DNA of 41,815 nucleotides from Leptospirales bacterium (GTDB lineage: Bacteria > Spirochaetota > Leptospiria > Turneriellales > JAOUFE01). The notes under the pieces were generated by a model. The model was not told the DNA's origin. It worked only from the letters and a program-made list of their open reading frames with translations, and searched no databases. The stretch is from positions 1 to 41,815 of the forward strand of contig JBEQLE010000018.1 of NCBI GenBank assembly GCA_040326155.1. The letters run 5' to 3'. This document shows, piece after piece, positions 26,170 through 35,725 of the stretch. Both the position numbers and the translations under genes were made by a program. The first letter of the stretch is position 1, and every line of letters starts with the position of its first letter.

Positions 26170-29100
26170 TTATAACTTTAGTCTGGCGCGCGCTATGTAC
26201 TTTTGAGCCGCCGAGTAAGATGAGGATGATTTCGGAACTTTGCTCCATACGGCAATCGCTTCTTTATATTTACCCTGCCGATATAATACAATACCCTGGC
26301 TCACAACTTTTTCATGTCCTGATGAAGAGCCTCCCGAAGATGTCGAGCTACCCGATGTTCTTCTTGATTCATTCCGTTGATTAATTTGAGCCTGACGTTT
26401 TTTACGCGCCTGGGCAAGTAAGCTCGGTGTTTCTTCATAATCTTTTACCAATTCCTGAACTTCGCTGAATTTTTCAATTGCCAATGAATAATTTTTCAGA
26501 GCCATCGCTTCTTTTCCGTCTTTATAAGGAAAAGATGCCATTTGATTTAATCCTAATTTTGACCTCGACTGTCCTTTTAAAGCATCGACGTTATTCGGTT
26601 CAATTACCAATATCGAGGTATATAAGGCGTTTGATTTTTTAAAATCTTTTTTCGCTTCGGCGTCTTGCGCTTGACTAATCCAGGTTTTAATTAATTTCTT
26701 ACCTTTCTCTTTTGCAATTTCAATATTACTGCGGGCAACTTTATCATATGGATTTATTTCAAGAACTTTTAAAAACGGAACAATACTTAAACCAATCTGG
26801 TCTGTGGAATTTAAATACTTTTCACCTTCGTCAAAATATTTTTTTGCTTTAATGGAATTTTCCCGTTTCAGCGCAAGGGCTGTGGTTTTTCTCAAGCGAA
26901 GCGCCCTGGCGTACTGTCCCGCAGCTTCTTCATATTTACCGGCTTTAAGATTTTCATCGCCTGTTTTTTCAAACACAGCTTTTTCTTCTTCAATACGGTC
27001 TTGCGCTTCTAGCAGCATTTTTTTAGCTTCACGATTACCAGGGTCTTCTTTTAAAGCGCGTTGAAAGGAGCTTTCAGCCAATAGCCACTTTCCCCCTTCG
27101 TAGTATTCCATCCCTTTAATATAATCGATTCTTTTTCTATTTAATTTGGCTTCCCTTGCTTTTGGAATATAACGGTCTACCAGAGTATTTTCAGGGTCAA
27201 GTTTTTTCACCTCTTGCCATTTCGCAATCGCTTCATCGTAATTTCTTCTTTTGTACTCGCGAACACCCTCAATAAATAAAATGGAAATTTTGCTTTGCAA
27301 CTCTTCGGCTTTTTTGGCTTGCAGCACACGTTTTTTTAACGCAAGAGCTTCTTTATGATTAGGGTCTACCGAAAGAGTTTTTTCAAGATATACAAGAGCT
27401 CGTTCAAATTCCCGGTTTTCAAGAAACCCGGCCGATTTTGCATTCCATTCAGATATAAGGGCTACATTTTGAGTCAGATCAACTGCCTGTTTTGCCTGGT
27501 CAAGATACTGTTTTGCCAGTTCGTTTGCCGGGTCTATCTCCAGGACCTGCTCCCACCCTTTAATGGCCTGGTCATATATTTTATTGTTAAAGTTTGCAAG
27601 GGCCTTTTTATGAATTTTTCCTGTTACATCTCGAACTTGCTTTCTTGCATAATCAAGCATTACCTTAGCTTCTTTATAAGAAGAATCGAGTTGCACAACT
27701 TCATTCAAGTGTTTAATGGCTTTTGAAAAACTGGGCATATCGCTATTTTTTTTGCCGGTTTCATAAAATTTCTTACCCTGTTCGTAATGCATTTTTACAA
27801 TAGCTTTTTTCTCTTTGTTAATTTTTACCAGAAAATTTCTTGCAGCCACATTATCAGGGTCAAGTTTCAAAACTGCTTTAAAGTTTTCAATTGCGCTGGT
27901 AAAAAGTCTGGCCTGGTAAGATTGCGTTCCTTCCAGTATAAAAGGTTGCACCTGGGCAGCTAATCTTATTATCGTTTCTTCAAGTGACGGTTTCGCTTTC
28001 TCATGAGTAGGATAAATCTTTAACGCCAAACGAAAATCCTGAATGGCTTGGTAATATTTATCTTCGTCAAAATTACGAATCCCTTTCTCATATATTTTAT
28101 TCGCGGCTTCTATTCCCTTTAAACCCATCTTTTCTCTTTCCCACTCTTCAATAGCCATTTGGCGATATTTTTGAGCGTCCAGATGGTCAGGGTTCAGTTT
28201 AAGAGCCTGGTCAAACATATTAATAGATTCTTCAAAAGATTTTCGACTATAGTATTGTAATCCCTTGGTATAAAAAACTTCGGACTGTTGCAACTTTTCT
28301 ATACGTTCTCTTTCAGCCAATTCCGTGTCTGATAGTTCATTTTTTATTTTCAGCAACATTTCTTTCGATGGCTCATACTCCGGGTCAAAACTTAGAGCTG
28401 ACGAAAAAGATTCAATGGCGGCTGTTTTATTATTTGCCCCATAGGCATCCATACCGCTTTTATGATGTTTTATTACCTGATCTCGAACCAGGTTTTGAAT
28501 TCGTGATATATTATTTTTAGCCTCTTTGTCTGCGGGGTTTATTTCATCCACTTTTCGCCATTCATAAATTGCGTCGCCATAATTTTTTTGAGCTTCGTAT
28601 TTTTTAGCCAGGTCTTTATGAAGTTTAATTAAACGGGATTCTTCTTCGTCCATCCAGTCCGATGTTTTCAAGTGAAGCAACGCCCTTTCCATGTATAATT
28701 TAGCCATCTCGTGTTCAGGATTTTGCTCTAACACTCTTTCAAAATCGCTGTAAGCTCCACGATAATTTTCATTATTGTACTTTTGCATCCCTTCGTAAAA
28801 ATCAATAATTTCATCGTCGGAAACTTCCTGTCCATCATTGCCAATAATTCTCATGGCTTTGTTCTTATCGATAAAGTAGGTTAAACTAATGGAGGCCAGA
28901 TTTTCATAGCCTCGTGGCATAAACGCAAAATTCAAGTTCATCGTCTGCAATTGAGTACCGACCCCGAGAGTAAAAAAGTTACCATCAAAACCAGCTCTTA
29001 AAGTAAAATAATTTCTATATATATCGAACTCCATACCTAATCGGTGTCCAATATATTCATAGACAGTTTCATATACTGGAAGGTATACATCCATCATATA

Positions 29101-29796
29101 GAATATACGGCCCTTTCCGTTTAATAAGACAATCTGCGGGCCAATTTTCAAAATTACCGGAAGAAACTCATACGTTGTATTAAATTGAAAAGGATAGTTT
29201 GCAATATTATCGATGGAAAAAGAGAGGCGAAAAAATTTCACCGGATTATAAACAAGCCCCAGGTCCAAAGATACGGCAAAACCATCGATGTAATAATAAT
29301 TAAAGTAATAAGCTTTAATCGTTTCAGAAATAGTGAGAGTTGGCAGAGGTCTCCAGATATGAGCACCCCCGCCCAGTATTTCTGCTGTGTTGTAGTACTC
29401 ACCAAAAACACCTGAGGAATCATACCTTTCGAGCAGGGAATTTCCCAGATAAGACAGACCAAAAACAAATTTGCCAATTTTTGTCGGCATGGCGTAACCA
29501 AAAAAAGCAAAATTCTGCTGAAATCCACTCGGGTCGGCAATATAGGTCAATCCAAATATACGTCCATTGATTCTGTCAAACAGATATGCCGGGTTATACC
29601 AGATTTGTCCCAACTCTTCAGATTGGCCGGCCCCACCAAGAGAAAGGTTGGTAGTCGATGCGGCGTCTTCGAGATAAATAGTAGGACTTAAACCGCCCGT
29701 GATGCTAAATGAATTTTTAAATGGTGTAACAAAGATTATAATTAATGTGAACGGATAAAAAAAATGAAAAATACGATGTCTAAAAATATCATTCAT
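26170..29796 (-). CDS. Large outer-membrane protein: N-terminal PorV/FadL-like barrel fused to a long TPR array
   Basis: Signal-like N-terminus; 'YLE..A....SLGGA.......WYNPAYL' plug-like motif; ~280 aa of amphipathic strands; then many TPRs ('A..LDP.N..A..YL'). Confidence 0.75.
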   Translation of the reverse strand: MNDIFRHRIFHFFYPFTLIIIFVTPFKNSFSITGGLSPTIYLEDAASTTNLSLGGAGQSEELGQIWYNPAYLFDRINGRIFGLTYIADPSGFQQNFAFFGYAMPTKIGKFVFGLSYLGNSLLERYDSSGVFGEYYNTAEILGGGAHIWRPLPTLTISETIKAYYFNYYYIDGFAVSLDLGLVYNPVKFFRLSFSIDNIANYPFQFNTTYEFLPVILKIGPQIVLLNGKGRIFYMMDVYLPVYETVYEYIGHRLGMEFDIYRNYFTLRAGFDGNFFTLGVGTQLQTMNLNFAFMPRGYENLASISLTYFIDKNKAMRIIGNDGQEVSDDEIIDFYEGMQKYNNENYRGAYSDFERVLEQNPEHEMAKLYMERALLHLKTSDWMDEEESRLIKLHKDLAKKYEAQKNYGDAIYEWRKVDEINPADKEAKNNISRIQNLVRDQVIKHHKSGMDAYGANNKTAAIESFSSALSFDPEYEPSKEMLLKIKNELSDTELAERERIEKLQQSEVFYTKGLQYYSRKSFEESINMFDQALKLNPDHLDAQKYRQMAIEEWEREKMGLKGIEAANKIYEKGIRNFDEDKYYQAIQDFRLALKIYPTHEKAKPSLEETIIRLAAQVQPFILEGTQSYQARLFTSAIENFKAVLKLDPDNVAARNFLVKINKEKKAIVKMHYEQGKKFYETGKKNSDMPSFSKAIKHLNEVVQLDSSYKEAKVMLDYARKQVRDVTGKIHKKALANFNNKIYDQAIKGWEQVLEIDPANELAKQYLDQAKQAVDLTQNVALISEWNAKSAGFLENREFERALVYLEKTLSVDPNHKEALALKKRVLQAKKAEELQSKISILFIEGVREYKRRNYDEAIAKWQEVKKLDPENTLVDRYIPKAREAKLNRKRIDYIKGMEYYEGGKWLLAESSFQRALKEDPGNREAKKMLLEAQDRIEEEKAVFEKTGDENLKAGKYEEAAGQYARALRLRKTTALALKRENSIKAKKYFDEGEKYLNSTDQIGLSIVPFLKVLEINPYDKVARSNIEIAKEKGKKLIKTWISQAQDAEAKKDFKKSNALYTSILVIEPNNVDALKGQSRSKLGLNQMASFPYKDGKEAMALKNYSLAIEKFSEVQELVKDYEETPSLLAQARKKRQAQINQRNESRRTSGSSTSSGGSSSGHEKVVSQGIVLYRQGKYKEAIAVWSKVPKSSSSYSAAQKYIARARLKL

Positions 29797-29813
29797 GCTA
29801 TTTACCTGATAAT

Positions 29814-30575
29814 CTACCTTATTATTAAAAGACGAAAATATGAAACATAATCGCTGTATGCGGAGGTTAAAAACCTGACATCGACTACCACGGTATAAAC
29901 TCCGGTCGAAACCAGTCGTCCGGTGCTACTTTTGCCATTCCAATAAGGGGCGTTATTAAACCGTGTAGATTTAGCGCTCTGGTAAGATTCGTTTAAAATC
30001 GTTTTAACAAGTTTTCCTCCATTGTCATAAATTTTTATTGTGACTTTTCCATTGGCAGGTAAATCGTATGCGATTGTTAAGTCTCCCGAACCTGCCTTAT
30101 ACGGAGCCGGATAACAAATAACCGAATTACCGGAGTAAGTGGCTTTAATCTGCGTTACCATAAGAGAGTCCGCATTTAATGTAAGATACATCTGAAAATT
30201 AGTGCCTTCTGATAAAAGACTTATGGAGGAGAGATTTATACTTACCGTTGAAGTTAAACCCGATTGAGAATGTATAACTTTCCCTGCTTTAGAGCGAATT
30301 TCAATATCATAGGAACCAGCGCCTGTTGTTGTAATCTTCAAATTTTGCCAGGACTGGTTTTTTTTAATTGTAAAACCGCCAATTTGAAGCTGCAATGTAT
30401 CAACCGTAGCGTAAATTCCAGTGGAATCGGCGTTCAATGTACCGTTTCCAGAAGTATAAAAGTAAAGCCCACTATTGCTAAGGTTGGTGCCCGTAATTTT
30501 AAATTCACCCGCTAAAAGCTGCGTACCTGTAAAGGGGAAGATTAATATTAACAATATCAGTAATCGTTTTTTCAT
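29814..30575 (-). CDS. Secreted beta-rich protein with C-terminal FlgD-Ig/T9SS-CTD-like domain
   Basis: Signal peptide; 'CYPAPY...TIAYDL....KVTIKIYDNGGKLVKTI...YWNGK...GRLVSTGVY'. Confidence 0.8.
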   Translation of the reverse strand: MKKRLLILLILIFPFTGTQLLAGEFKITGTNLSNSGLYFYTSGNGTLNADSTGIYATVDTLQLQIGGFTIKKNQSWQNLKITTTGAGSYDIEIRSKAGKVIHSQSGLTSTVSINLSSISLLSEGTNFQMYLTLNADSLMVTQIKATYSGNSVICYPAPYKAGSGDLTIAYDLPANGKVTIKIYDNGGKLVKTILNESYQSAKSTRFNNAPYWNGKSSTGRLVSTGVYTVVVDVRFLTSAYSDYVSYFRLLIIR

Positions 30576-30673
30576 ATTACATTTTTATTCCATCAGAATT
30601 TTTTATGAGGTGATTCAACATAATAAAACATAAAACGCGATCCATCTTTACCATCAAAGACGAAAATTGACCA

Positions 30674-31852
30674 TTACGTTACAGTATTAAGTAATTTGTT
30701 ATCGCTACTTCTATTTTCCAAAGCAGAATGAAGTCCTTCTAAGTGACGCCCTATAAGACGTAATTTTTCCAGTTCTGCCACCCTCATTTCTACCATTTTC
30801 TCTTCACATTCTTTAGAAAATTCAATGCTCTCTTTTTGTAAAAGTATAGCCGATTCAAGTATCTCTTTACCTTTCGTTTCAGCCTTAATCCATTGGACAA
30901 TATTACCTATATTCTTTCGCAGGTACAGTAAAAAAATTAGAAGCGTGACGGGAAGCGCTATAATAAACAGGAGTTTAAACAGATAGAAAAGCCAATGCCG
31001 GGCTTCATAAATAAATACCAGATTATGATTTCCAATTTTCTGACTTAAAATTCTGGCCTCGCCTTTTCGACCGCCCATCGGACCCGTATAATACCCATCT
31101 CTTATCCATTCCACAGAATAACCGATAAATTTGTCGCGGTTCAGAACTTTCCCTTTGGAATCCACAAAAAGAGCTGTTATTCCATAGGCAGGCTGCGGAA
31201 CATTAAAATGATCGAGTTTATAACCAAATCGATCCATTTCTGCGCTGATATAACCCAGCAATACATCCTGTGATTTTACTTTTATAAAAAAACGTGAATC
31301 TTCAATTGTAAAATCTTTTTCAGGTATCGCCCCCTCAAAATCTTTGGTTTTATCTGGGTATAAAACTTTGCCCGAATTATCCATAACAGTCAGGTTTTTA
31401 ACGATATCGACATTTTTTACATACCTGAGAAATTCATACTGAAACACCTCAGCATATTTGCCCCTGGTATTTTTTAACCATTGCATTAACCCCGGATGGG
31501 TTGCCAGCACATGGGCCTCTTTTTGAAAAGGGCCAGACAGGTCCGCTTCAGCCGCTTTCGCCTGCAACAGGTCTTTTCCATACAGGTACGAACTTTCCCT
31601 GGTAATTATATCAAGATAGTCATGCATGTTCCTACGCGACTCTTCCACTTCGATCTCGGAGTCTTCAAATACAATGGCATAATAATTGTATAATGGCTGT
31701 GTTGCTTCGCGAATCGCCTCGCCTGTGTAAAACTCCATAAGAGCAGGCAATATTTTTTTGTGCGCAGCTATAAAATAAGATAAACTGGTTATAATTGTAA
31801 ATAGAGAATAATACAAAGTTTTTTTCAGATATTTTTTAGTACGATATCTCAT
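30674..31852 (-). CDS. Hypothetical 2-TM membrane protein with large periplasmic (possibly Cache-like) region and short cytoplasmic coiled coil
   Basis: TMs near residues 13-30 and 288-312; 'VMDNSGKVLY' and 'FVDSKGKVL' resemble PAS/Cache strands. Confidence 0.65.
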   Translation of the reverse strand: MRYRTKKYLKKTLYYSLFTIITSLSYFIAAHKKILPALMEFYTGEAIREATQPLYNYYAIVFEDSEIEVEESRRNMHDYLDIITRESSYLYGKDLLQAKAAEADLSGPFQKEAHVLATHPGLMQWLKNTRGKYAEVFQYEFLRYVKNVDIVKNLTVMDNSGKVLYPDKTKDFEGAIPEKDFTIEDSRFFIKVKSQDVLLGYISAEMDRFGYKLDHFNVPQPAYGITALFVDSKGKVLNRDKFIGYSVEWIRDGYYTGPMGGRKGEARILSQKIGNHNLVFIYEARHWLFYLFKLLFIIALPVTLLIFLLYLRKNIGNIVQWIKAETKGKEILESAILLQKESIEFSKECEEKMVEMRVAELEKLRLIGRHLEGLHSALENRSSDNKLLNTVT

Positions 31853-32001
31853 ATATTTATTATTATCGGTATCCAGGTTTTTATACGTAAATTCAGTTGC
31901 GTTGTTTTTATTTTTTCCTGGAGCGCATCATAGTTAACCTTCTTGACATGGTAAAGGCAATTTCTGTTGAGTGATTAAAATAAAGGTGTTAGTAAACATA
32001 T

Positions 32002-32967
32002 ATGGAACGGAAAAAATTAGAAAAGTTATTACAGCGATACATGACTCCCGACGAGATTCTTACAGCATTTTCTCTAATGGATAAGATTCAGGATCTAAAA
32101 AAGGCGAAAAATGCGGTTATTTTAGGGCATAACTATATGACTCCCGATGTTTATTACGGAGTTTCTGATTTTACCGGTGACTCCCTTGCCCTGGCGAAAA
32201 ATGCCGCAGAAACGGACGCAGATATTATATTATTTAATGGTGTCCATTTTATGGCAGAAACGGCTAAAATTCTGAATCCTCATAAAAAAGTCTTAATTGC
32301 CGATCTCGATGCAGGGTGTTCGCTTGCCGAAGCTGTCACCGCCGAAGAAGTTTTGCGTTTTAAAACAGAAAACCCGAAAATTCCCGTAGTGACCTATATA
32401 AATAGTTCGGCATCGGTCAAAGCGGTATGCGATATAGTCTGTACCAGTGCAAATGCCGTCAAAGTGGTCGAATCTCTACCTGAACCATCCGTTTTAATGA
32501 TTCCCGATGGCTACCTGGCCATGAATGTTCAAAAAAAGACTGAAAAGAAAGTTTTATACTGGAGTGGAAAATGCATGGTACACGAACTCTTTTCAGAAAT
32601 GGATATCGAAATGGCCAGAAAGAATTTTCCTGGAGTCAAAGTTGTAGCTCACCCAGAATGTAAACCCGAAGTAACACAAATATCCGATTATACAGGTTCC
32701 ACTTCGCAAATTCAAGACTACATTGAATCGGAACAACCCTCTCAGGTTCTACTTTTAACAGAGTGCTCGATGGGTGAAAATATTAAAGGTGAAAACAGTT
32801 CTGTGGAGTTCGTCTCTACCTGTCAAATATGCCCTCATATGAAAAAAATTACACTCGAAGGCGTACTTCGCTCTTTACAAGAAGAAGTTTACGAAGTTTT
32901 TGTAGAAGAAAAAGTACGCATCGGAGCCGAAAAATCTTTACGACGCATGCTGGATATAGGGCGTTAA
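32002..32967 (+). CDS. nadA: Quinolinate synthase
   Basis: 'ILGHNYM', 'GDSL', 'GVHFMAETAKILNP', 'AGCSLA', 'YINS', 'CTSANA', 'C.VH', 'AHPEC', 'CPHMK'. Confidence 0.97.
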   Translation: MERKKLEKLLQRYMTPDEILTAFSLMDKIQDLKKAKNAVILGHNYMTPDVYYGVSDFTGDSLALAKNAAETDADIILFNGVHFMAETAKILNPHKKVLIADLDAGCSLAEAVTAEEVLRFKTENPKIPVVTYINSSASVKAVCDIVCTSANAVKVVESLPEPSVLMIPDGYLAMNVQKKTEKKVLYWSGKCMVHELFSEMDIEMARKNFPGVKVVAHPECKPEVTQISDYTGSTSQIQDYIESEQPSQVLLLTECSMGENIKGENSSVEFVSTCQICPHMKKITLEGVLRSLQEEVYEVFVEEKVRIGAEKSLRRMLDIGR

Positions 32968-32977
32968 TATACTCTTG

Positions 32978-33676
32978 TTAATACACTCGTAACGGGCGTT
33001 TAAAACGAATAACCTGTGAATATATCACCTCACCGGACTCTTCGTCTTTTAAGATGACTCCAAAGGTGTTAAAAAACTTTATATTCGCACTAAAAGGAAC
33101 GTAAAGCTTACCAATAACCATTGTTCGTAATGGTTGCATATCAATATAGAACTTATCGTCTGCAATAACTGGTCTTGCATCTGCGGCAATTCCGCGAATA
33201 GAAAGCTTTTGACCCAGTTCAATATCTTTTTGCATTGTATTTACTAATTCAGCAAAACCGTAACGGCTTACATTACTTTTCGCATCGGCTTCCTCATCCT
33301 TAAAAATGGGAATTGTATCGAGGTTACGAATAATTTTTACCTGTTTTTCGATGTCTTTATTTCTCCACTTAGGATAAGCTTCCAGGTTTCGTAATTTATC
33401 ATCGACACCGTCTTCTTCGTAGTAAGCAAGCAACATCATTTTCATATCAATTGTAATATCTGTGTTATTAAATATTTCAAAGGTTACGTTTAATTCCTGA
33501 CCACCACCTTTTATGGAATGACGTTTAAAAAATGAGAAATTTTTAACTACAAACCTATCATCATCCATAGCTGCATGAACTATATCTGGTTTATCTGACG
33601 ACTCAGCATGAAGCCCGCCGAGCACAGCTACTGCTGTAATTAAAGATACTATGGGTAAAATAATATATTTTTTCAT
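32978..33676 (-). CDS. Hypothetical exported protein
   Basis: 232-aa ORF with signal peptide 'MKKYIILPIVSLITAVAVLGGLHA'. Confidence 0.8.
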   Translation of the reverse strand: MKKYIILPIVSLITAVAVLGGLHAESSDKPDIVHAAMDDDRFVVKNFSFFKRHSIKGGGQELNVTFEIFNNTDITIDMKMMLLAYYEEDGVDDKLRNLEAYPKWRNKDIEKQVKIIRNLDTIPIFKDEEADAKSNVSRYGFAELVNTMQKDIELGQKLSIRGIAADARPVIADDKFYIDMQPLRTMVIGKLYVPFSANIKFFNTFGVILKDEESGEVIYSQVIRFKRPLRVY

Positions 33677-33695
33677 ATTGACCTGTCTACTGATT

Positions 33696-33722
33696 TTATC
33701 GGCAATAATTATGAAGCTCTTA
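33696..33722 (-). promoter_or_regulatory. sigma28 (FliA)-like promoter
   Basis: TAAG-N15-GCCGATAA on the - strand (consensus TAAA-N15-GCCGATAA), 19 nt upstream of ATG 33676. Confidence 0.6.
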
Positions 33723-33751
33723 AATTAAAATCGATCCTTTCTTATTCTTTC

Positions 33752-34393
33752 TTACTCGTGTAAGCCTTTTCTTCTCATAGAGACAATACGACGGCAATCA
33801 TTTAAATGAAATACATGTATACGATCTGCATATAATTCAATTTTGCCAAGTTTTATCCAATGGGACAAAACCGGTTGTACTTTATCGGGAGTTTCCCCAC
33901 ACCAATGGCCGACATCGTCTACCGTAATATTCAGCACAATCTCGTTTAATTCTTTAGCGTTCGGTTCTTTTTCAGATAGCATTAAAAACACGTCACAGAC
34001 TTTAGCCTGTACATCATCTAACAATAATATAACAAGCCTTCTGCGCGCATCGTAAATTCGTTTTGTAAAAATGGTCAGTAATTTAAAAGCCAGCTGAGGC
34101 TGGGACGTCATAAGTGTTACAAAATTATCTCGGTTAAAATGCAATGTGCTCACAGAATCAACTGCGGTAGCTGAAGCCGAACGTGGAGCTTCTTCTAAAA
34201 TCGCCATTTCACCGAAAATATCCCCCGGACCAAGAATATCCATGGTTTTTTCAGTGTCTTTTACTATTTTCGTAATCTTCACCTTGCCTGTTTGAATGAG
34301 GTAAAAATCCCCACCAGGTTCAAACTCACAAAAAATAATTTTTCCCGGATCAAATGTTTTACCGAATTTATTAGAAAGACCGTCTAATTGCAC
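33752..34393 (-). CDS. Crp/Fnr family cNMP-binding regulator
   Basis: 'FYLIQTGKVKI', intact phosphate-binding cassette 'IFGEMAILEEAPRSASA', C-terminal HTH-like region. Confidence 0.9.
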   Translation of the reverse strand: MQLDGLSNKFGKTFDPGKIIFCEFEPGGDFYLIQTGKVKITKIVKDTEKTMDILGPGDIFGEMAILEEAPRSASATAVDSVSTLHFNRDNFVTLMTSQPQLAFKLLTIFTKRIYDARRRLVILLLDDVQAKVCDVFLMLSEKEPNAKELNEIVLNITVDDVGHWCGETPDKVQPVLSHWIKLGKIELYADRIHVFHLNDCRRIVSMRRKGLHE

Positions 34394-34394
34394 T

Positions 34395-35720
34395 TTATCC
34401 CCTCAACTTCTCTATTCGTTGTTTAGCTAATGCAGATTCTTTATCTTTGGGCGGCATCTGGGTCACTTTTGTATATATACCCATTGCTCGGTTTTTGTCA
34501 TTCTTCTTCTCGTAAATTTCACCAATCGAGATCATGGCTTTTTTAATCGTCTGACTTCTGGGGTATTTTTTTACGAATTTGGAAAAACACTCAAAAGCTT
34601 CCACCGTATCGCCTTTTCTATGGTGAGTCCTGCCTTTTTCATACAGGGTTTTTTCTAGAATGGGTATATCTGTTTCCGTAGCGACAGTCTCCCTAGAAAG
34701 AATTATTTGATATTTTGATATCGCAGCGTCCCAGCTTTCTTGCGAAAAATCGTTCAAACCTGCATAGTAAAGTTCACTAATCGTCTGTTCACCGGAAGCT
34801 GTGGCGACGTTTGTACCGGCGTCAAGACTCACGTCTGGTAAATCAGGTAAATCAGGTAAATCGGGCATATTGGGTATATCGTTTAGATCGGGCATATCAG
34901 GCATATCGGGCATATCGGGTATAGACGCACTGCCGCCGTTATTTGAATCAGGAATGTCCGGAATACTTTCGAGGTCTGGAATAGCGTCAAGATCTGGTAT
35001 GTCTGGCAACTCGCTCATACCGTCTGCTTCGCCTAAGTCGGGAACATCCATATCAATAACATTATCCACGCTGAAATCAGATGGATTAAAACTGTCCGGG
35101 GCGGCCGCACCGACCAAATCGGCACCCTGGTTATTTATAGACTCAAGCTCCTGGTCAACTTCTTGTGCATCAATAGGAAACGGGTGACCTGATTCAATAA
35201 GAGAGAGCATTTTTTGCGCCCTTCCCGCAAGTTGGGAATCTTTGTACGCTTCTAAATAGCCTGCGAAGGCATATTTTGCATGTTCAATTTCATTTTTTTT
35301 GTAAAAATATTCAGCTGTTTTTAATAGATCTACTGTGTTATCATGTTCTATTGCACCACCAAGCAACTCACGTACTTTACGGTGTACTTTTCGAAGCTCC
35401 CCTGAAAAAACTTTTAACATTTGCAATACAATTCGAGAATTCTTCATGCAAAATGTTTGAAATATAGCAGGGTTAAATACAAGTACGGTGGAATCTGTTA
35501 AAACCTGGGATGTTTCTTCTCTAGGGTATAAACCGAGAGCAGATTTTACTCCGAAAAATTCTCCTTTGGAGACTTCTTCACGAACTTCCGAATGGTTATC
35601 GAGAGATTCGGATATTAATACAATTCTGCCTTTTTGCAAGACAAATATATCTGTTCCTTTATCTTCAATAAAATAGATAATAGAACCGGCTTTATATGTT
35701 CTTAATACAGGACCATTCAT
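34395..35720 (-). CDS. cNMP-binding domain + TPR protein with acidic Pro-rich repeat linker
   Basis: N-terminal cNMP fold ('IFVLQKGRI', 'EFFGVKSAL..PR'), TPRs, and a (P-D-M/L/I)n linker. Start placed at ATG 35720. Confidence 0.85.
   Translation of the reverse strand: MNGPVLRTYKAGSIIYFIEDKGTDIFVLQKGRIVLISESLDNHSEVREEVSKGEFFGVKSALGLYPREETSQVLTDSTVLVFNPAIFQTFCMKNSRIVLQMLKVFSGELRKVHRKVRELLGGAIEHDNTVDLLKTAEYFYKKNEIEHAKYAFAGYLEAYKDSQLAGRAQKMLSLIESGHPFPIDAQEVDQELESINNQGADLVGAAAPDSFNPSDFSVDNVIDMDVPDLGEADGMSELPDIPDLDAIPDLESIPDIPDSNNGGSASIPDMPDMPDMPDLNDIPNMPDLPDLPDLPDVSLDAGTNVATASGEQTISELYYAGLNDFSQESWDAAISKYQIILSRETVATETDIPILEKTLYEKGRTHHRKGDTVEAFECFSKFVKKYPRSQTIKKAMISIGEIYEKKNDKNRAMGIYTKVTQMPPKDKESALAKQRIEKLRG
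34835..35050 (-). repeat. 9-bp-period coding repeat encoding PD(M/L/I) tripeptides
   Basis: + strand AATCAGGTA AATCAGGTA AATCGGGCA ... TATCAGGCA TATCGGGCA TATCGGGTA; protein IPDMPDMPDMPDLNDIPNMPDLPDLPDLPDV. Confidence 0.85.
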
Positions 35721-35725
35721 AAATT

